DNA of 64,000 nucleotides from a phage: NCBI GenBank assembly GCA_033648345.1, contig GCA_033648345.1_4121.1; one strand, 5' to 3'. Shown piece by piece: positions 59,317 to 64,000 of this stretch (position 1 is its first letter; each line of letters starts with the position of its first letter). The notes under the pieces were generated by a model. It saw only the letters and a program-made list of their open reading frames with translations, ran no database searches and was not told where the DNA came from. The position numbers and the translations under genes were made by a program.

Positions 59317-59383
59317 TAACTAAAACAAAGTATAATGTTTTGCATAGGGGGAGATATCCTCCCCCACTAAAAGGAGTAATAAA
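59295..59383 (+). promoter_or_regulatory. promoter + 5' stem-loop cassette (-35 inside upstream gene end)
   Basis: AGTACTTGCATAA..TATAAT; hairpin GGGGGAG-atatc-CTCCCCC. Confidence 0.7.
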
Positions 59384-59608
59384 ATGGCTAACTTTGATGA
59401 ACTGATGCGGGAAGTAGCTAACCTGGCAGAAGAGAAGAAATCATTCGATTCTATCTATAACACCGCTCACCGTGATTCAGTACTGGCATGTAACCAGGAT
59501 CAAAAAGATGAACTAATCGCCACCTATCATGAAGCATGGAAGTACTACCGACAATGGGAGAAAGAAGAAAGTGAGTCTACCATTGACGGCCTCAATAATC
59601 TAATCTAA
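59384..59608 (+). CDS. hypothetical protein
   Basis: 74-aa ORF, AAGGAG RBS. Confidence 0.7.
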   Translation: MANFDELMREVANLAEEKKSFDSIYNTAHRDSVLACNQDQKDELIATYHEAWKYYRQWEKEESESTIDGLNNLI

Positions 59609-59684
59609 AAGTTTTATTTCAGTACTATTGACATAGCTTGATAGTACTGATGTAATAACTTTACTAACTACAAGGGGAAACATA
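59609..59684 (+). promoter_or_regulatory. promoter class AGTACTATTGACA..AGTACTG
   Basis: CAGTACTATTGACATAGCTTGATAGTACTGATGTAAT. Confidence 0.6.
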
Positions 59685-59942
59685 ATGGAACAGTTCACAC
59701 AATATCGGGTAAATCCACAAGCTATGGCCTACGTAGAAGACCATAAAACGTTACCAGTACTGCAACCAGTTAAAGGCCGTATCTATCGTGGCCTTGCCTG
59801 GGATACGGCCCAGGATGGATATAAAACCGTCGCCGTGGGGATGTATTGCGGGAATGGTGAATGGTTTGATCCTAGCAATCCGATTGCACTTGACAGTACT
59901 GAAAAAATGAAATGGGCCGACTACATCGAAGATATTTCATAA
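59685..59942 (+). CDS. hypothetical protein
   Basis: 85-aa ORF. Confidence 0.7.
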   Translation: MEQFTQYRVNPQAMAYVEDHKTLPVLQPVKGRIYRGLAWDTAQDGYKTVAVGMYCGNGEWFDPSNPIALDSTEKMKWADYIEDIS

Positions 59943-60032
59943 AAACTATTTGACAGTACTAACCAGTAATGTATAATGTTTTACATAGAGCGGGGGAATA
60001 GTTCTCCCGCCAATAGTTTGGAGTTAAACATT
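59943..60032 (+). promoter_or_regulatory. promoter + 5' stem-loop cassette (TTGACA class)
   Basis: TTTGACAGTACTAACCAGTAATGTATAAT; hairpin GCGGGGGAA-tag-TTCTCCCGC. Confidence 0.65.
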
Positions 60033-60233
60033 ATGTCTATCGCTATCGCCCTGGTTGAAGTACTGAAAGAAGCTAAAGCCAACCAGATCGACGTAAAGAT
60101 CCAGGAACTACAAAACGGCTTAATCGGCTGTACTTGTACCGCTGGTGGAGCGGCAGACTATCGAGAACACGAATCACTCGAATCACTGGTTCGGTATCTT
60201 ACCATGATCGTTGATGATTGGAGAATCATCTAA
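60033..60233 (+). CDS. hypothetical protein
   Basis: ATG 60033 (MSIAIALVEV); Chi at 60151. Confidence 0.65.
   Translation: MSIAIALVEVLKEAKANQIDVKIQELQNGLIGCTCTAGGAADYREHESLESLVRYLTMIVDDWRII
60151..60158 (+). other. Chi octamer (in coding sequence)
   Basis: GCTGGTGG. Confidence 0.9.
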
Positions 60234-60251
60234 CAAAAAAAGAATAAAAAA

Positions 60252-60284
60252 GGGATTGACTCCGGTCAGTCCCTTTGCTATTAT
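60252..60284 (+). promoter_or_regulatory. UCCG hairpin terminator with embedded -35 and downstream -10
   Basis: GGGATTGAC-TCCG-GTCAGTCCC; TATTAT 60279-60284. Confidence 0.7.
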
Positions 60285-60302
60285 ATACGCATAGACAAAA
60301 AC

Positions 60303-60328
60303 TAGCCCACAGGGTGCATAGGTGTATC
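60303..60328 (+). repeat. conserved core element copy D
   Basis: TAGCCCACAGGGTGCATAGGTGTATC; Chi GCTGGTGG follows at 60364. Confidence 0.75.
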
Positions 60329-60363
60329 TAAAATATATAGTTAATAACGGTGAGTAACTATCT

Positions 60364-60371
60364 GCTGGTGG
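60364..60371 (+). other. Chi octamer (intergenic)
   Basis: GCTGGTGG downstream of core element D. Confidence 0.9.
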
Positions 60372-60384
60372 AGTGAAAACTATT

Positions 60385-60480
60385 AATAAAAAAAACTATT
60401 GACAAAGTATATCAGTACTGCAATAATGTATCTCGTAGGGCGGCAATGGTGCGACGGCCCACAAAGTTAGGAGATTCAAA
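60385..60480 (+). promoter_or_regulatory. sigma70-like promoter (weak 5' hairpin)
   Basis: TATTGACAAAGTATATCAGTACTGCAATAAT; AGGAGA RBS. Confidence 0.55.
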
Positions 60481-60813
60481 ATGAGTACTTCAATCGCTAT
60501 CGTTAAAGCTTTCATCCGTACCAATGTTTCATCTGTATTCATCGACGGTCTGGATCGGGAAGTAGAATACTCAATCATTATCGCACAGACTGCAAACGGT
60601 GCTCGGTATATCCTTAATAATAGTGAAGCAAATCACTACTACTTCACTAAAGCTACTGGCTTTAAACGCATCGATGCTGACGTAGTATACACTAAGATGA
60701 ATAAGCTGGTAGACAAGATTAACGCGAAAGGTACTATCGATTTACAGTACTGGACCGAAACCGATCCAGAATATGGATCTCACCGCTACCTGAATCCAGG
60801 TATTAAAATGTAA
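60481..60813 (+). CDS. hypothetical protein
   Basis: 110-aa ORF. Confidence 0.75.
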   Translation: MSTSIAIVKAFIRTNVSSVFIDGLDREVEYSIIIAQTANGARYILNNSEANHYYFTKATGFKRIDADVVYTKMNKLVDKINAKGTIDLQYWTETDPEYGSHRYLNPGIKM

Positions 60814-60902
60814 AAAGTACTTGCATAGTACTTAGATTCATGTATAATGTTTTACATAGAGAGGGGGAAATGGTTCTCCCTCCTAAATTAAGGAGTTTTA
60901 TC
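60814..60902 (+). promoter_or_regulatory. promoter + 5' stem-loop cassette
   Basis: AGTACTTGCATAG..TATAAT; hairpin GAGGGGGAA-atgg-TTCTCCCTC. Confidence 0.7.
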
Positions 60903-61304
60903 ATGACCTTCTCAATCACTTCCTTCGCTGACGTTTTAGTACTGGCTCGGACTTTTGGTAAAGCTGGCCTTGAGCACGCTGTAAGTAATGGTCATATGCA
61001 CCCTGAATATTGCCGCATCATTGGAAGCTGTAAACGTTGGGCTGTGTCCCGTAACATTGAGATTGAAAACTTCAATGACGGTAACAACGAATATACAGTT
61101 GATGCAGTATTCGAAGTCGTTGATCTCGGCGGTATCTATAACACTAACCTGAATGATGTGCGTATCGTTCGCACGGGGTTCGGTGCTTATGATGTATCTA
61201 TCCGTGAAGCTATGGACAAGGGATACATTAGCAAGGACCAGTTAGCTTACATCATGCAGCAAACTAAGGAACGTAACGAAGCACGCACTATCTTAGGACT
61301 GTAA
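60903..61304 (+). CDS. hypothetical protein
   Basis: ATG 60903 (MTFSITSFAD) after AAGGAG. Confidence 0.75.
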   Translation: MTFSITSFADVLVLARTFGKAGLEHAVSNGHMHPEYCRIIGSCKRWAVSRNIEIENFNDGNNEYTVDAVFEVVDLGGIYNTNLNDVRIVRTGFGAYDVSIREAMDKGYISKDQLAYIMQQTKERNEARTILGL

Positions 61305-61372
61305 GCGTTACACATCACCAAACATCATAGGCCGCCTTGTAGCGGCCTTAACTATATCAGGAGGGCATACAT

Positions 61373-61582
61373 ATGTTCTATACAGTATACAGCGTTCTAG
61401 GTACTATTGCAGGCGTACATGATAACGTCAATGATGCTATGCGTACAGTACTGCAACAGGTTCCACTAAAGCCTAAGACCATTAAGCAGATGACAGCACG
61501 ACTAACCAGGGCGACGGCTGGCGTGGAAGTATGGCAGGACTATGGGGATACACAGATAATCGTAAGCGTAACGAAGGATTAA
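61373..61582 (+). CDS. hypothetical protein
   Basis: 69-aa ORF, AGGAGG RBS. Confidence 0.7.
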   Translation: MFYTVYSVLGTIAGVHDNVNDAMRTVLQQVPLKPKTIKQMTARLTRATAGVEVWQDYGDTQIIVSVTKD

Positions 61583-61615
61583 TGCGTAAAAGGATTTAGT
61601 ACTGAATCATAAAAA

Positions 61616-61680
61616 AGTCAAGGCATTTTTAAACTTCAGCGTTAAAAAAATGCATAGGTAATCCCTTGACTTTTATGAAT
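61616..61680. repeat. long-range inverted repeat AAAAGTCAAGG / CCTTGACTTTT
   Basis: aaaagtcaagg-(about 40 nt)-ccttgactttt at the boundary between the GC-richer and AT-rich blocks. Confidence 0.7.
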
Positions 61681-61865
61681 AAAAAGGGATTGGACTATGG
61701 CAAAATGCGTAGGGGGCTTAACTGCGGGTAACCTTAGCGACTTCGAAAAAAGGAGTGATAGGGGCTTGACTTTTTATATAATTCTGATAATATATAGTCT
61801 ATATTATATTTCATTCATATTTTATATGTTAGTTACATTAACTCAACATTAGAGGTCACAGAACT

Positions 61866-62231
61866 ATGAATCCATCATCTAATAAATGTGGTACTTCCTT
61901 TAATGTAGAATGGTTATTTTTTAAACCCACATCTACTATAAAATCATTCATTGCTGATATCACTGAAGCACCTGACACCCTTGTATCAGTTGTTAACAAC
62001 AATAACGAAATGGTATTTTCTATTGATGAAAATCAATATGCAGATATCTATTCATTGAGTCGTATAAAAAACTTAGTTGTACTGTCCGAGAAAGCGTTCG
62101 CAAAAGAAGCGAAGAAATGGGATTTTAAACTTCCTATTGAATTGGTACGTGAAATACAAAAATTGGGATGTACTACTATTGAGAATTGTAAAGACTCACG
62201 TGCTACTGGGAATATTTCATTTGAAGTATAA
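61866..62231 (+). CDS. hypothetical protein
   Basis: 121-aa ORF, AGAGG RBS, TTGACT-N16-TAATAT upstream. Confidence 0.7.
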   Translation: MNPSSNKCGTSFNVEWLFFKPTSTIKSFIADITEAPDTLVSVVNNNNEMVFSIDENQYADIYSLSRIKNLVVLSEKAFAKEAKKWDFKLPIELVREIQKLGCTTIENCKDSRATGNISFEV

Positions 62232-62317
62232 TGCATTTATATGAACAAAACATCTTGACATCATGCCTCACATGGGGTATGATGTTTTTTCACATATGAA
62301 CCTATGGATTTTATCCT

Positions 62318-62515
62318 ATGCGTATTTTAACTAAAGAACAGCACCACGAAAGACTTATCAATAACATGGCTATGATAATGTATAAGTCCCATGACCGTGG
62401 TATTGCATATAAGCGTGAATTGGTTATGGCACTATTCATTGGAACTAACTTTCAGGAAAGGTATGTCAAGGATTGGATTTGGTATTTAATTGAAGATATA
62501 ACGAGTAAACTATGA
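62318..62515 (+). CDS. small protein, GTNYQ tandem family 1
   Basis: MRILTKEQ...FIGTNFQERYV..LIEDITSKL; TTGACA-N17-TATGAT upstream. Confidence 0.7.
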   Translation: MRILTKEQHHERLINNMAMIMYKSHDRGIAYKRELVMALFIGTNFQERYVKDWIWYLIEDITSKL

Positions 62516-62712
62516 AAATGCGTATTTTAAATAAAGAAGAATATCAATCACTGTTACGTAAAAACTACGTAAAGATTTACAACACAGACACACACGTAGA
62601 ACGAATGGAGTTATACCTTTTGATTACATTGGGAACAAACTATCAGGGTAGATGGGTGTGGCAATATATGGATACATTGAAAAATAAAATATTGTCCACG
62701 AGGAAACAATGA
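62512..62712 (+). CDS. small protein, GTNYQ tandem family 2
   Basis: MKMRILNKEE...LGTNYQGRWV; ATGA overlap. Confidence 0.7.
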   Translation: MKMRILNKEEYQSLLRKNYVKIYNTDTHVERMELYLLITLGTNYQGRWVWQYMDTLKNKILSTRKQ

Positions 62713-62918
62713 AAACTATAACACGAACCCAATCATTAGGTCTTATCTTGAAATACATGGACTTAATGTTGGATATCAGCAAAGACCTTCCTAAAACTGA
62801 AATCCAAGTTGCAAGAGCAGAGATCCGCATGTTAGCTGTACTGAACACAAACCATCAGGAAGAGTATGTTGACGATTGGATTCGATTTTTAATAGAAGAT
62901 ATTAAGAGTAAACTATGA
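62709..62918 (+). CDS. small protein, GTNYQ tandem family 3
   Basis: ...VLNTNHQEEYV..LIEDIKSKL; ATGA overlap. Confidence 0.7.
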   Translation: MKTITRTQSLGLILKYMDLMLDISKDLPKTEIQVARAEIRMLAVLNTNHQEEYVDDWIRFLIEDIKSKL

Positions 62919-63130
62919 ATATCATTACAAACTCAAATCAATATACCGAACGCGTCGCTGCCAGACAACTTGAAATTCTCATAGTATATGAAGAGACTGA
63001 TGATTTGAACTTAGCATTAGTATTGGAAAATGATATACTATTGGGTGCATTCCTCGGCACAGATTATCAGGAGCACTTCTTGAATGAGTATATAATTGCA
63101 CTCCAGAAATACATTAAGAGCAAACTATGA
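62915..63130 (+). CDS. small protein, GTNYQ tandem family 4
   Basis: ...FLGTDYQEHFL..YIKSKL; ATGA overlap. Confidence 0.7.
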   Translation: MNIITNSNQYTERVAARQLEILIVYEETDDLNLALVLENDILLGAFLGTDYQEHFLNEYIIALQKYIKSKL

Positions 63131-63345
63131 AACATTTAAGTAACTCCGAGAAGAATAAAATTATCATTGCTGCAATAAACAAATATTTTACACTTCCTCA
63201 CACAGAAGGTTTATGTGTAAGGGAACACAGGATAAACACCACCGATATACGCATGATGGCTGTACTGGGGACGAACTTTCAGGAAGAGTATGTTGTTGCA
63301 CACATAGTTGCCCTCACTGATCTAATAAGGGACAAATGCAAATGA
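63127..63345 (+). CDS. small protein, GTNYQ tandem family 5
   Basis: ...VLGTNFQEEYV; ATGA overlap. Confidence 0.7.
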   Translation: MKHLSNSEKNKIIIAAINKYFTLPHTEGLCVREHRINTTDIRMMAVLGTNFQEEYVVAHIVALTDLIRDKCK

Positions 63346-63560
63346 AAGACATAAACACTCAAGAATATCTTAAACGATTAGAACAAGGGAAGAACTTTAG
63401 ACTTCAAGTTTACGATGATGAATCACTAACATCCAATGAAAAGTATGTTATACTAACAGACTCAACATTAATACCATTTGTAGGAACAAACTATCAGGAG
63501 GTTATGGTAGACAACCACATCACGGCCTTAAAATGTCATGTCAGGGATTTAGGTAAATGA
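63342..63560 (+). CDS. small protein, GTNYQ tandem family 6
   Basis: ATG 63342 gives the family-typical ATGA overlap; ...FVGTNYQEVMV. Confidence 0.65.
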   Translation: MKDINTQEYLKRLEQGKNFRLQVYDDESLTSNEKYVILTDSTLIPFVGTNYQEVMVDNHITALKCHVRDLGK

Positions 63561-63814
63561 GACGCTTAACACAAGATGAATATGAAACTATAGTTCGTAA
63601 ACTAACCCCCGTCGCCAGTATAGTCTACGATGACCCCAGCCTTACATGGAACCAAATGCGAGCTAAAGTTAATGAGCTATGGTTGCTGTACTTTATGGGG
63701 ACTCAATATCAAGATAAGTTTTGCACAGAATATGTCGAACAATTAATGAATGTTATACAGGATAAACTAGATGATTATTGGCTCACAAAACATGAAGACT
63801 TTATCAGGAGTTGA
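63557..63814 (+). CDS. small protein, GTNYQ tandem family 7
   Basis: MRRLTQDEYE...FMGTQYQDKFC. Confidence 0.7.
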   Translation: MRRLTQDEYETIVRKLTPVASIVYDDPSLTWNQMRAKVNELWLLYFMGTQYQDKFCTEYVEQLMNVIQDKLDDYWLTKHEDFIRS

Positions 63815-64000
63815 GTATCAAACTGCCCTATTCTCTTTAATCCATACCCTTAGAAAAAACAATGCCTTACATGGTGCACCTGAAGTGGATGTTATCAACG
63901 GTGAACTTTATCTTATGAAATTCATTGGAACAAACTATCAAGATCTGTTCATTCAACGATACTTGGCAGCATTAAGAAACCAAATCCAATATAAAACCCA
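63792..64000 (+). CDS. small protein, GTNYQ tandem family 8 (3' end outside window)
   Basis: MKTLSGVEYQ...FIGTNYQDLFI; frame open to the window end. Confidence 0.6.
   Translation, partial: MKTLSGVEYQTALFSLIHTLRKNNALHGAPEVDVINGELYLMKFIGTNYQDLFIQRYLAALRNQIQYKT

Noticed and set aside
42025-60902. ORF-track starts of the type MFYIE(S/R)G.. and MVLP(G/N/P)..
   Set aside because: MFYIE starts use the ATG inside the -10 (TATAATG) and so lie upstream of the transcription start. MVLP starts use the AUG in the loop of the 5' hairpin (GAGAAATGGTTCTC) and have no SD. They are in frame with the gene in only some cassettes (45193, 50107, 57976, 60870) and out of frame in others (48058, 53851), as expected by chance.

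Overview
The window is AT-rich, very gene-dense and phage-like. It has a T4 endonuclease V homologue, a free-standing HNH endonuclease, and dozens of tiny ORFs that each carry their own sigma70-type promoter. I saw no rRNA, tRNA, CRISPR array, integrase or transposase. My best reading (inference) is an accessory, hyperplastic part of a large lytic myovirus-like genome from an enterobacterial-type host. That rests on the sigma70 promoters and the enrichment of the Chi octamer GCTGGTGG. The window falls into six blocks. (1) 1-15.8 kb holds plus-strand small genes: denV, HNH, a P-loop ATPase, a mini-kinase-like protein, small secreted proteins and 10 paralogous small membrane proteins. (2) 15.9-34.9 kb is a minus-strand array of 15 RCC1-like beta-propeller paralogues. 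They share a near-invariant 12-aa N-terminus (MLPFxRMxxYGN) and a common hairpin / -10 / SD cassette, and two members are frameshifted. (3) 35.0-40.0 kb is a plus-strand tandem array of 22 Tyr-rich proteins of about 60 aa. (4) 40.0-42.0 kb is an ORF-free, repeat-dense hub with iterons, tandem repeats, an inverted Chi pair and orphan promoters. (5) 42.0-61.6 kb is a visibly GC-richer early-type region with about 54 small genes behind PeSL-like promoter + 5' stem-loop cassettes. Interspersed in it are a dispersed promoter-driven conserved element (core CCCANNGGGTGC, at least 11 copies in both orientations), a 75-nt structured leader in 3 copies, and Chi sites. (6) 61.9-64 kb holds another tandem small-gene family with a GTNYQ motif. 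The palindrome AGTACT / CAGTACTG is strikingly over-represented throughout, in promoters, terminators and coding sequence. All calls come from reading the sequence and the ORF track; no searches were run.
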